Shown here one piece after another: positions 1 through 8,699 of a stretch of DNA of 64,000 bases (position 1 is the first letter of the stretch; the number at the start of each line of letters is the position of its first letter). Below the pieces are notes generated by a model. It had not been told where the DNA came from and made no database searches. It was given only the letters and a program-made list of their open reading frames with translations. The stretch comes from Methanobacteriota archaeon (GTDB taxonomy: Archaea > Thermoplasmatota > Thermoplasmata > RBG-16-68-12): positions 3,945-67,944 of the forward strand of contig VBLR01000114.1 in the NCBI GenBank assembly GCA_005878665.1, read 5' to 3'. Position numbers and translations under genes: made by a program.

Positions 1-212
1 ATGCGCTTCGAGACCTCTCGCACCTCCCGCACGCCGTCCAGGATCTCGATTCGTCGACGGATCGCGGGGAGTTCGGACGGCGGGGCGTGCAGGAAGAACG
101 TCGGCACGACCCGCGGGTCCTCGATCCGATGCACGCCTTGCGGGTTCCACAACCATAGGACCATCGAGTCGCGGTCGTAGTCGCCGTAGGCGTCGATGAT
201 CCAGCCGTGCGT
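1..212 (-). CDS. Family B DNA polymerase, PolB2/Dpo2 type (N-terminal part; runs off the window)
   Basis: Manual minus-strand translation gives (M)HGWIIDAYGDYDRDSMVLWLWNPQGVHRIEDPRVVPTFFLHAPPSELPAIRRRIE, resembling the xGWILDxY...MVLW PolB2 N-terminus. arCOG07300-like and RadA-like partners are nearby. Start inferred at ACG 212; not in the ORF track. Confidence 0.7.
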
Positions 213-230
213 GAGCGAGCTCCCCCGCCA

Positions 231-749
231 TCACGAGGCCCGGGCGCCCTCTTGAGGCGACGCGGGAGGGAGGTCGGTGAAAGTGCGCGCGAGGAGGACC
301 TCATGGGGAGCCAAGAGCATCCGCATCTGCACGGAGAGCCCGCGCCAGCGATACCACCGCCAGAGGACTCGGCGGGCGACCCGCTCGAATCCGAGGGACT
401 CGAACAGGCGCATCGACGGATCGTTGTCCCTGGGTACGGCGGCAAACACCCGGTCGGCCCCGCGAGATCGGAAGAGCCGGAGCGATTCCTGGACGAGCGC
501 CCTTCCGGAGCCCATCCCGCGCGCCTGTGGATCGACCGCGACGAAGTACACGTACCCGATGGACGGCGTCCCGCGGAAGAGAATCCCCTCGAGGAAGCCC
601 ACGATTGAGGATTCACCCTCGGCCACCAGGAAGGGCCAGGCGTGGCGCAGCCCGCGGACTGCGAAGTACGCGTAGACGCGGTCGAACGAGGCCCGGGCGA
701 TCCTCACGATGGCCGGGCGGTCGGGGGCGGTCGCGTCACGAATCTGCAC
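231..749 (-). CDS. GNAT (RimI-like) N-acetyltransferase
   Basis: AcCoA motif A VAVDPQARGMGSGRAL and motif B NDPSMRLFESLGF. Confidence 0.85.
   Translation of the reverse strand: MQIRDATAPDRPAIVRIARASFDRVYAYFAVRGLRHAWPFLVAEGESSIVGFLEGILFRGTPSIGYVYFVAVDPQARGMGSGRALVQESLRLFRSRGADRVFAAVPRDNDPSMRLFESLGFERVARRVLWRWYRWRGLSVQMRMLLAPHEVLLARTFTDLPPASPQEGARAS
272..284 (-). promoter_or_regulatory. ACTTTCACCGACC element, copy 1 (upstream of polB2, inside the GNAT 3' end)
   Basis: Plus-strand 15-mer GGTCGGTGAAAGTGC is identical at 272-286 and 1061-1075; both are followed on the minus strand by a C-rich tract. Confidence 0.55.
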
Positions 750-1014
750 GGGGCCCGGAATCGCCCGCGGCCGAAGAACGTTCCCGTTTCAGCGCCTCGA
801 TGTCCCGTTCCATCTCCAGGAGGATCGAGAGGAGCGCCAAGATGCTCGGGTCGATGTGGGCGCAGTAACTCGCGGCGCTCGAGTGCGCCCTCGACTGGTA
901 CAGTAGACGGTCGAACACCTCGCGGTCCTTCTCCCGCAACGCGCGTCGATAGTCCATCCAGTCGTTCAAGATCGACTCGAGGTGCAGTCGATATGTCGGA
1001 ATCGTGCGGCCCAT
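736..1014 (-). CDS. arCOG07300-like small helical PolB2-associated protein (92 aa)
   Basis: MGRTIPTYRLHLESILNDWMDYRRALREKDREVFDRL...LLSILLE matches the MGRTxPTxR...RRALR..D...FD.L family pattern. ATG 1014 lies about 24 nt below TATA-like CTTATG (1043-1038). Confidence 0.85.
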   Translation of the reverse strand: MGRTIPTYRLHLESILNDWMDYRRALREKDREVFDRLLYQSRAHSSAASYCAHIDPSILALLSILLEMERDIEALKRERSSAAGDSGPRADS

Positions 1015-1037
1015 TCCCTTTCGGATTGTAGCCCCTG

Positions 1038-1073
1038 CATAAGATGGGAAGCGGGGGAGGGGTCGGTGAAAGT
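1038..1073 (-). promoter_or_regulatory. Promoter of the arCOG07300-like gene: ACTTTCACCGACC element (1073-1061) plus TATA-like CTTATG
   Basis: Element, C-rich spacer, TATA-like box, then a leaderless ATG. Confidence 0.6.
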
Positions 1074-1974
1074 GCATGTAGACGCCGGGCCATCCGCCCC
1101 GCCGTTGAATCCCGAGGAGGCTTCCCGGCTCCTGATTCAGGAGTACAGCCGCATGGCCCGCGAGTACGACGCGCACGTGACACCATATCATGCACCAATC
1201 GCCCGACGTCTGCTCGAGCTGGCGCGTATCGAAGAGGGCGAACGAATCCTCGATATCGGTTGCGGCACCGGGATCGTTGCGTTCGAAGCCGCCGCGGCGG
1301 TCGGAGAAGGGGGCTCTGTCGTCGGGATCGATCTCGCGGAACGCGCCGTGCGGCTTGCCGCGGACAAGGCCGCCGCCGCGGGACTTCGGCACGTCCGTTT
1401 TGTGGTCATGGACTCCCGCGCCCTTCGATTTCCGGCCGGCTCATTCGACGCTGTCTTGTCGGGCTTCGGCCACCCGCTCATCGAGCGGCGACGCTGCTTG
1501 GAGGAGGTGCATCGCGTCGTCGGTACGCGAGGACGTTTTGCCCTGTGCACATGGAACCCGGTCAAGGCCCTGTCGAAAGCCACGTTTGTGGTGGTTCGCG
1601 AGATGCTGGAGCGCCGTCGACCCGCGGTCGTCGCCCCCGATGTCGCCCGCCTGATCGAGGCCCGGAAGATCCTCGCCTCGACGGAGGAGGGCAAGGAGAC
1701 ACAATCCGCGGACGGCTGGATTCGCCTCTTCCGAAGTGCCGGCCTGTCGTCGGCAGAAACGGTCGAGGAGACGCACTGGGCCGCCTTTCGAGGGCCGGAC
1801 GCGTACCTGGAGTATTCGTTCGCATGGGGCGACAACGAGCGGGAGCTGCGCCACATGACGGCCGAAGACCGCGAGGCGTTTCGCCGGGAATTCCGCGAGC
1901 GAGTGACCCCGTTGATGACGGACGAAGGCCTCATCGTAGATTGGAATCTGCGTTACTTTCTTGTTCGGGAATAG
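1066..1974 (+). CDS. Class I SAM-dependent methyltransferase (UbiE-like)
   Basis: ILDIGCGTG motif I, VVGIDLA, FPAGSFDAV; start uncertain. Confidence 0.85.
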   Translation: MKVHVDAGPSAPPLNPEEASRLLIQEYSRMAREYDAHVTPYHAPIARRLLELARIEEGERILDIGCGTGIVAFEAAAAVGEGGSVVGIDLAERAVRLAADKAAAAGLRHVRFVVMDSRALRFPAGSFDAVLSGFGHPLIERRRCLEEVHRVVGTRGRFALCTWNPVKALSKATFVVVREMLERRRPAVVAPDVARLIEARKILASTEEGKETQSADGWIRLFRSAGLSSAETVEETHWAAFRGPDAYLEYSFAWGDNERELRHMTAEDREAFRREFRERVTPLMTDEGLIVDWNLRYFLVRE

Positions 1975-2002
1975 ACCCTTCGAGCCGGGCGGTCTACCCG
2001 GA

Positions 2003-2740
2003 CTATTCCTTCGTCCACCGTCGCATCTTGCGGAGGCACGCGCGCCGGTCGTCCGGGATTCCTTTGAAGATTTCGAGCGTGACCGGCCCGTCGTATCCGC
2101 GGGCCTTCAACGCCTTCGCATCTCGTTCGAGATCGATCGTTCCCTTCCCGAAAGGCAAGTGTTCGTCGCCGGTCTCGCCGTGCCCTCCATGGTTGTCGTG
2201 CATGTGCACGAGCCCGAGACGGTCGGCGAGTGCCGCGAGATAGGTCCGCGCGCCGTCCGTCCGATTGTCGAGATGGGCGTGTCCGACGTCCAGGCAGTAT
2301 CGCAGGTCCGGCACGGCATCGAGGACCGTCCGCATGACCTCCGGCGGCTCGTCGACGTTCTCCACCGTCACGACGGCGCCTCGGTCCGACGCGGCGCGCA
2401 CCAGGTCGGCGAACCACGACGCTTTCGTCTCCGGCGAGATCCGCGGCGCGGACCGCGTCTCCATGAAATGCGCGTTGAAGATGTGGATCCCGACCGGCTC
2501 GAGGGCGTCGATGAATCCGACGAACCGAGCGAGGTCCGCCTGATGAAAGTGCGACGGCGGGAGATGGGCGGTGAACAGGGGGAGGCGCTTCGCCAAGGTC
2601 TCCGCTTCCGCCGCCAACTTCGTCGGCTCCCAGGTGAGCCACGTCAGGTCGAGCTCCGCGTAGTCGAACCCGGATTCCCGCAATTCGTCGACCTGCTTCG
2701 GGAACGGCTCGCGGCTGTACGTCGATCCGCCGATGCGCAC
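2003..2740 (-). CDS. Sugar phosphate isomerase/epimerase (AP endonuclease 2-like TIM barrel)
   Basis: Metal motifs VENV, LDVGHAH, VHMHDNHG..DEHLPFGKGTID, TLE. Confidence 0.85.
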   Translation of the reverse strand: MRIGGSTYSREPFPKQVDELRESGFDYAELDLTWLTWEPTKLAAEAETLAKRLPLFTAHLPPSHFHQADLARFVGFIDALEPVGIHIFNAHFMETRSAPRISPETKASWFADLVRAASDRGAVVTVENVDEPPEVMRTVLDAVPDLRYCLDVGHAHLDNRTDGARTYLAALADRLGLVHMHDNHGGHGETGDEHLPFGKGTIDLERDAKALKARGYDGPVTLEIFKGIPDDRRACLRKMRRWTKE

Positions 2741-2813
2741 AGGCGCACGAACCGGCGGGCCGGTATAAGATTTGCCGCGCGCCTTTCATGAGGGCCGCTG
2801 CAATGGTCCCGGC

Positions 2814-3425
2814 GTGGTCCTGGACATCCTCTGGGCGATCCTCGCTGGCACCGGCATCGGCCTTTCGCTCGCGGCGCCGCCGGGGCCCGTGAACGCGATC
2901 ATCGCGTCCCAGACGGTCACGCGATCGTGGCGGGCCGGATTTCTCGTCGGGATGGGCGCGACGACCGCGGACACGATCTTCCTCGCCGTGTCCATCGCCG
3001 CGCATTCGGCCGTCACGAGCATCCAGGGATGGGTCCCCGTCATCGCCCTCCTCGGGGCCGGCCTGATGGCGTACTTCGCCTGGAACACGGTCCGGGCGTT
3101 GCGACGCGCGGCCGACATCATGGAATCCGAGCCGGAGGAGCACGCGAAATCCTACGCCACCGGCTTGAGCGTGAACATCACGAGCCCCTATCCGATCCTG
3201 TGGTGGCTCACCGCCGGCCTCGTCTTGATCGACCAACTGGGTCCTGCAGTCCTGGTCGGATTCTTCTCGGGCCTCCTCCTCTGGATTTCGGTCTTCCCGC
3301 TCGCCCTGCGCGAGGCCCAACGCCGCATCGCGCGCACGTATCAGGCGGTCCTCGTGTTCTCGATTGTGTGCCTCGCTGCCTTCGCCGCCTGGCTCGTGTG
3401 GTCTGCGGTTGCGGTCCTCCTCTGA
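2814..3425 (+). CDS. LysE/RhtB family exporter
   Basis: GLSLAAPPGPVN, G..TAD, NITSPYPILWW; about 6 TM segments. Confidence 0.85.
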   Translation: MVLDILWAILAGTGIGLSLAAPPGPVNAIIASQTVTRSWRAGFLVGMGATTADTIFLAVSIAAHSAVTSIQGWVPVIALLGAGLMAYFAWNTVRALRRAADIMESEPEEHAKSYATGLSVNITSPYPILWWLTAGLVLIDQLGPAVLVGFFSGLLLWISVFPLALREAQRRIARTYQAVLVFSIVCLAAFAAWLVWSAVAVLL

Positions 3426-3428
3426 GAC

Positions 3429-4223
3429 TTACCAGCCGAGACGCAAGTGCTCCGTCAGCCGGATTTCGCGGGATGCGCCCGCCACCCCGAACGCTGGGAT
3501 GCGCGGAGCCGCGACCGCGAAGTCGTCCATCGTCGTCTGGTCGGGGGGCACGGCGGCATACCACTCCGACGTCCCGGTGTCGAGCCGATGGATGAGGACG
3601 CCGCCTTTCCCGTGGGCGATGCGGATCACGCGGTCCGCGCCCTCGTACAACTGCCGCCGGATCGACTTCCGGCGATGGAGCTTCGCCAGGCCCGCGTTCG
3701 TCACTAGGCCGACGACCTCCCGCTCCCCGACCGTCTGGCGGATCGTCCGCATCGACCGCTGGAACAGCTGGTGCGCCTCGCCCACTTCGACGTCCTCGTC
3801 GAGGAACATCTCCGGCAGGCATGCGAGGACCACGAGGCCCGCGCGGGTCTCCTCGATTTTTTTATCCAGCATATCCAATATTAACGTCGTCATCTGGTGG
3901 CACGTGAACGCTCGGGCCACGTGCACGCGGGGCAGGATCTCCTCCCGCGTCAGCGCGGCCCGCTTCCCGAGGGCGACCATGCCGTGCGGGTCCACCGAGT
4001 TCCCGCCGTCCAGGAAGACGACTTCGTGGCCTTCCATGACCGCGCGCACGGACAGGAGGGTCGTGAGGTGGAACACGAAGTCGGAGCCGCTGTCGATCAA
4101 CGTGATCTTGCCCGCCTCGAACGGTCCGAGGATCCGGTCGAGGGTGGGCACCAGGGTCGTGAGGGCCGGACGCGTCTCGACGCGGACCTCCGGGATGACG
4201 ATGGCTTCCGCGGCCAGCGCGAT
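3429..4223 (-). CDS. Inactivated RadA/RecA-superfamily ATPase (arCOG04294-like, PolB2-associated)
   Basis: LTTLVPTLDRILG, degenerate Walker A (DSGSDFVF), VVFLDGGNSVDP, VHVARAFTCHQM. Start inferred at ATC 4223 after GGAGG; first canonical start is GTG 4151. Confidence 0.8.
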   Translation of the reverse strand: MALAAEAIVIPEVRVETRPALTTLVPTLDRILGPFEAGKITLIDSGSDFVFHLTTLLSVRAVMEGHEVVFLDGGNSVDPHGMVALGKRAALTREEILPRVHVARAFTCHQMTTLILDMLDKKIEETRAGLVVLACLPEMFLDEDVEVGEAHQLFQRSMRTIRQTVGEREVVGLVTNAGLAKLHRRKSIRRQLYEGADRVIRIAHGKGGVLIHRLDTGTSEWYAAVPPDQTTMDDFAVAAPRIPAFGVAGASREIRLTEHLRLGW

Positions 4224-4256
4224 GGAAATCCTCCCCGCGATTCGATGGAGATGGCG

Positions 4257-4295
4257 ATATAAATCCTGGGGCGGAGGGGAGGGATGGGTGAAAGT
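4257..4295 (-). promoter_or_regulatory. Promoter of the RadA-like gene: ACTTTCACCCATC element (4295-4283) plus TATA TTTATAT
   Basis: Same element / C-rich spacer / TATA layout as at 1038-1073. Confidence 0.6.
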
Positions 4296-4379
4296 ATGGG
4301 CGACTCCACGCCGATGGCACGTATCGCCGAGGAGTAAGCCCTATCTAACCGCCGGCCCGATACATCGACAGGAGACGGC

Positions 4380-5609
4380 ATGCAAGGAGAACGGTACCAG
4401 AACACGATTGCACTCCTCCTCATCGTCCTCGTGTTCGCGTCGATCCCTTTGATCGTGAACTTCCTCGGCGCGTGGTTCCTGTGGGCGCCCATCTTGGCCG
4501 CTCTCGCCGTCCTTCCCGCGGCCTTCCTAAGGGAGGCGGAACTTGACACGGGCCTCGAGGCGCCGGCCCGGGTCCGCGCCGCACTCGCCGGAAACCTCCG
4601 CAGCGAAGGCCTCGAAGTGACGACCGAACCCGACGCCGTCTGGGTCCGAATCGACGCGCTGTCCGCGGTCCGGATCCGAGCACGAACGACCGAGCGGGGC
4701 ACGGTTCTGTCGTCTCAGGCGCGCGCGACGAGAGCGGGATGGCTTCTCCTAATCGCCCTCGTCGCGTCCGTCGTGGGGAGCCTGCCGGCCGTCGCACTGA
4801 CTCTCGTCCTCTTCCGACGTGCGAACCGGTTCGCCCGAGCCCGAGCACCCGCGGCGTTCGGAGGGAAAGGCCGTGCGGCCGTCTCGTCGAGAGACGAGGT
4901 GCGGGCCATGCTCCTGGGAAGCCTCTCTTCGGCCTTGCGGATCGCCCGCGAGGCGTCCGATGCTCAACACAAAGCACACACGGACGCCCAGACTGTCATC
5001 GCGGTTGCTGCGTTCACAAGCTGGACCGCGCTCCTCATCGGTTTGTTCGTCGCGTTGAACGGGTTCAATCTGATCACGGGCCAATGGGATGTACCAATCG
5101 TTGGCGCGACAGCCGGCACCTTGGTCCTCTCGGTCGTCCTCTTGGCGGTCGTGCGACGGCGATACCGCCCAAGGCTCGCGCGCTACCGCACGTGGATCGA
5201 CCGTTTGAGTGACGCGTTCGACCGAGAGATGTCCCTGGAGGCCGCGGAACCGTCTGCTGCAAGCACGTTTGAGCTCCTCGCGGAAGCTTCCACTCAGGTT
5301 CCGGATTGGCTGAACGCCCAGCGGCGTGCGGGGCTCAGCAGCGATCCCGCGACGTCCCTGGGGATCCTGCTCCTCACGCTCTTCGTCTCTTCGATGTTCA
5401 CCAACGCCATCATCGGGGCCCTCCGCGGTGCCCTCGACCTCGTATTCGTCTACGCGGCTACGGGAACCGTCGCCGCCGGAATCGCCGCGTGGATCTACCG
5501 TGCGTGGAAGCGGCGGGAAGACGCCCGCCTCGCGCACGCGCAGGCCGCCTGGGACGCGCACGTGAAGTCGCTGCGTGCGCGGATGGACCACTTCCTCGAG
5601 GAGATGTGA
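4380..5609 (+). CDS. Multi-pass membrane protein of unknown function
   Basis: 409-aa ORF with about 8 hydrophobic segments and an upstream GGAG. Confidence 0.7.
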   Translation: MQGERYQNTIALLLIVLVFASIPLIVNFLGAWFLWAPILAALAVLPAAFLREAELDTGLEAPARVRAALAGNLRSEGLEVTTEPDAVWVRIDALSAVRIRARTTERGTVLSSQARATRAGWLLLIALVASVVGSLPAVALTLVLFRRANRFARARAPAAFGGKGRAAVSSRDEVRAMLLGSLSSALRIAREASDAQHKAHTDAQTVIAVAAFTSWTALLIGLFVALNGFNLITGQWDVPIVGATAGTLVLSVVLLAVVRRRYRPRLARYRTWIDRLSDAFDREMSLEAAEPSAASTFELLAEASTQVPDWLNAQRRAGLSSDPATSLGILLLTLFVSSMFTNAIIGALRGALDLVFVYAATGTVAAGIAAWIYRAWKRREDARLAHAQAAWDAHVKSLRARMDHFLEEM

Positions 5610-5613
5610 CGGC

Positions 5614-5910
5614 GTGGCCGGAGGGTCGGATTGGGGGCGCCCGGACCTGTACGTGGTCGCTCGGATGCTCGAGCGACTGTGGCGTGAGGCCGACCCGATG
5701 GTCAAGACCCGCCTGCAAGTCGCGGCGAATGTGAACTACGACGTCTTCAGCCGGTACATCGGGTGGATGCAGAGCCGGGGACTCGTGTCGCTCGAGAACT
5801 CAGCGGACGGCCACGAGCGTGTGGCCTTGACCGACAAGGGGCGCGAGGCGTACCGGAAGCTCGTGCAGTGGATCAACGATGTCGTGCGCGGCGAGTTCTC
5901 CAGCGCCTAG
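5614..5910 (+). CDS. Small winged-helix DNA-binding protein
   Basis: KTRLQVAANVNYDVFSRYIGWMQSRGLV...ALTDKG, an archaeal wHTH pattern. Confidence 0.75.
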   Translation: MAGGSDWGRPDLYVVARMLERLWREADPMVKTRLQVAANVNYDVFSRYIGWMQSRGLVSLENSADGHERVALTDKGREAYRKLVQWINDVVRGEFSSA

Positions 5911-6359
5911 CTCGAATGCCCGTCTTCACGGAGATTCCGCTCCATCTCCCCGAGATGGAAGTCGAGGTCCCGCTCCGTGTAGCGCCGCCACCATGCAGTT
6001 GCGAGCGGGATGAGAATCCAGCCAACGTGCCGGGGTCGTATGTCCACGTCGAGCGAGACGCGAGTGCTGTCGCCCTCCGGGTCGAATCGGTATGCGTACC
6101 GGACGTCTGCGGCGGGATAGCGCGCCTCGACCGCGTACCCGAGAGGCGGATTGACGATCACATGCTCTTGGATCGTGACCCGCATCGGACGCGTCGCACG
6201 ATCCTGCAACCAGATCTCGTTCCCGGTCCGCCGCAGGACAAAGCGCGTGCTCGCGGCGGGAGAGCCCGGGCGCTGATGGTCATCCTCGCGGAAGTCCGTC
6301 CACCAGGCGAAGACCTCGTCCCGCGGGAACGGCGTCTTGCGATCCAGGCGGAACTTCAT
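5907..6359 (-). CDS. SRPBCC/START-like protein
   Basis: PRDEVFAWWTDF...YRFDPEGDSTRV with a C-terminal helix. Confidence 0.6.
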   Translation of the reverse strand: MKFRLDRKTPFPRDEVFAWWTDFREDDHQRPGSPAASTRFVLRRTGNEIWLQDRATRPMRVTIQEHVIVNPPLGYAVEARYPAADVRYAYRFDPEGDSTRVSLDVDIRPRHVGWILIPLATAWWRRYTERDLDFHLGEMERNLREDGHSS

Positions 6360-6452
6360 TCGACGGGTACCAGGCGAGCCCCCACGGATGAACCTCTCGG
6401 GTTAACCTTGTTTACGGTTGACTCCCGCAGGCCGATGGGACCAGCATGCTGC

Positions 6453-7082
6453 CTAACTCGACGGCGGGGGCGGCGGCGAAGCGGCCGTGGCCGCGGCAGC
6501 GCGCGCCTGACGTTTCCGGCGGATCGCCGACGTCTGCATGAACGCACCGAGGACGAATACACCAAGACCCGCGAGGGCCGCGGTCGTCGTGGGGACGACC
6601 TGCAAGAGGTACAGGCCCAGGGCCAGCAGCAGTCCGCCGATCGCCGCGGTGATGATGCCAATGATGTCGTCGATGAAGTAGTACGAGATGCCAAAGACGA
6701 CGACGAGCACGAGGATGGCCGCAATGAGGGGCGTGTCCAGCTGGCCGGCCGTGAACTGGGCCTTGCCGCCGAGTAGCGCATAGATTGCCGCCCCAGCCAG
6801 GAGGCCGACGAGGAACGCAAGGGCCACCTTGACGAGTTTCGTAAACAGGATGCTCCCGATGACCGCGCCGACGATCGCGAGGATGAGCCCGGTGAGGTCG
6901 CTCCCGAGCGCGACACCGAACAGGAAGCCGACGACGCTCCCGAGCAGGGCCCCGATGAGGGACATCACGGTGGCCCACAGACCGTGCCCCCAGAATGCGA
7001 GGGCGAGGCCCGTCAGGATCAGGATCGCCCCAAGGAGGTAGCGGACCTCGGGTGAGGTGACGATCCCAGGGAGCGCAGCCAT
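6453..7082 (-). CDS. Gly-rich membrane protein (DUF4203/TMEM198-like)
   Basis: About 7 Gly-rich TM helices, LAFWG, TAAIGG; TATA about 25 nt upstream. Confidence 0.65.
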   Translation of the reverse strand: MAALPGIVTSPEVRYLLGAILILTGLALAFWGHGLWATVMSLIGALLGSVVGFLFGVALGSDLTGLILAIVGAVIGSILFTKLVKVALAFLVGLLAGAAIYALLGGKAQFTAGQLDTPLIAAILVLVVVFGISYYFIDDIIGIITAAIGGLLLALGLYLLQVVPTTTAALAGLGVFVLGAFMQTSAIRRKRQARAAAATAASPPPPPSS

Positions 7083-7145
7083 CGCGCGTCGATTCGGCTC
7101 GGACTATAAATAGACAGCGCGTTTTTCGGACACGGTTCGGGTCCA

Positions 7146-8699
7146 CTACCCGCGACCGAACACATCGTCCGCGCGTTTGGCGATTTCCCGGACCGTCCCT
7201 TCATCGAGGATTCCGGTCCCGAGGACGTGCTCCCGCACATTCAGGTCGTCGTAGCTGAGGACGTCGATCACGGTCGGGATGCGGATCGCGTCGCCGATCA
7301 CCGCAACGGTCCGCAACGGAAGCTTCGCGATGATGTTCTCCCACATCTTCTTGTCCGGGACGCCAGCCAGGGCTGCCTCGACGTCGGAGGGCTCTTTGAG
7401 GGACATCACGAGACGATTCGCGAGCTGGCTCCGGACCTCGTCCGAGATGCGAGAGGGTCGCTGGTCGACGAGGGCCAGGATGAGATTGAACTTCCTCGTC
7501 TCACGGGCGAGCCGGCTGAACGTGTGCGCGTACGGCGCGATCTCGGGGCTCAGGAACTTGTGGGCCTCCTCGAGGAACAGGACGAGGCGCGGGTATTCCT
7601 CGTTCCGCTCCGTGTACAACTCGAACAGGCGGCGCGAGAGGATGTTCGCGACGAACAGGTAGACCATCTGATCCGTCCCGTAATCCCCGAAGTCGAGGAC
7701 GACGCTCTTCCCGTCGCGGATCGCCGCAAGGATGTGCGCGAACGCGTCTTTGGCCTGCGTCATGGCCCTGAGGAACGGAAGGCGGTCGAGCCGGCCGATC
7801 CGCCGCTTGAGACCCTGGAGGGTCATTTCGTGGGCCCTCTCCGATCCGAGCATTTCCATCGTCGCGTCCTTGACGGCCGAGATCAGGTCCCGGCCCCCGC
7901 GCGTCTTTGCGATCTCGTACAGCGTGTCGACCATCGGCGCGGTCAGATCCTGCAGCGCGACGATGAGGTCCTCCGGCGTGATCTCGCCCGTGTCGAGGAC
8001 GAACGGTTTGGCCTCTCGGTTCTTCGGATCCAGGGAGAAGATTTCGACCTTCCCGGGGAAGAAGAACTTCAGGCCTTCCGTCTTGTCCGTCGCGCTGAAA
8101 ACCCCGTACTCGCTGTGCATGTCGAAGATGAGGACGGATCCGACGTCCTTCGAGAGGATCCCCGCGCAGACGAGCTTGTTCAGGATTGACTTGCCCGTCC
8201 CGGTCCGCCCGAAGATCGCGAACGGCTTCTCGACCAGTTTCTTCATGTCGAGCTGCACGTGGAACGGTTCCACGCCAGTGATGGTGCCCAACGTCGCGGA
8301 CGTGTCCGTCACTTCGTATATGCGTTCCACGTCGTCCCGGGTCGCATGTCGGCACGCGGAGAAGTACGGCGGGATCGTCTGCGGCTCGCTGAGCTTCTTC
8401 GTCTCCCGGTCCACCAGCTGGATCATTCGGAGTTTCGCCTTGCTGTAGAAGATCGGGCCTCCATAGCCTTCGTGCGTCTCCGGCCGCGGCACGATCACGT
8501 CCGCGATCGTCGAACCCGCGAGTTGGTCCGCGATATCGCTCTCCTCGTTTACGACGTCCTCCACGAGGCAATAGAAGTCGTATCGTGCGCCCTCGACGAT
8601 GACCGGGAACGCAATCTTCAGTTCCTCCGGATTTCCGAGCTGGAGTTTCGCGACGAGGCCGTCGATCACGGACGCGGCGACGATCTCCCCGATCTTCAT
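7146..8699 (-). CDS. herA: HerA bipolar helicase/ATPase
   Basis: HAS barrel, Walker A GRTGTGKS, IFDMHSEY, Walker B FLEEAH, RETRKF, DQRPS; ATGA-coupled to nurA. Confidence 0.9.
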   Translation of the reverse strand: MKIGEIVAASVIDGLVAKLQLGNPEELKIAFPVIVEGARYDFYCLVEDVVNEESDIADQLAGSTIADVIVPRPETHEGYGGPIFYSKAKLRMIQLVDRETKKLSEPQTIPPYFSACRHATRDDVERIYEVTDTSATLGTITGVEPFHVQLDMKKLVEKPFAIFGRTGTGKSILNKLVCAGILSKDVGSVLIFDMHSEYGVFSATDKTEGLKFFFPGKVEIFSLDPKNREAKPFVLDTGEITPEDLIVALQDLTAPMVDTLYEIAKTRGGRDLISAVKDATMEMLGSERAHEMTLQGLKRRIGRLDRLPFLRAMTQAKDAFAHILAAIRDGKSVVLDFGDYGTDQMVYLFVANILSRRLFELYTERNEEYPRLVLFLEEAHKFLSPEIAPYAHTFSRLARETRKFNLILALVDQRPSRISDEVRSQLANRLVMSLKEPSDVEAALAGVPDKKMWENIIAKLPLRTVAVIGDAIRIPTVIDVLSYDDLNVREHVLGTGILDEGTVREIAKRADDVFGRG

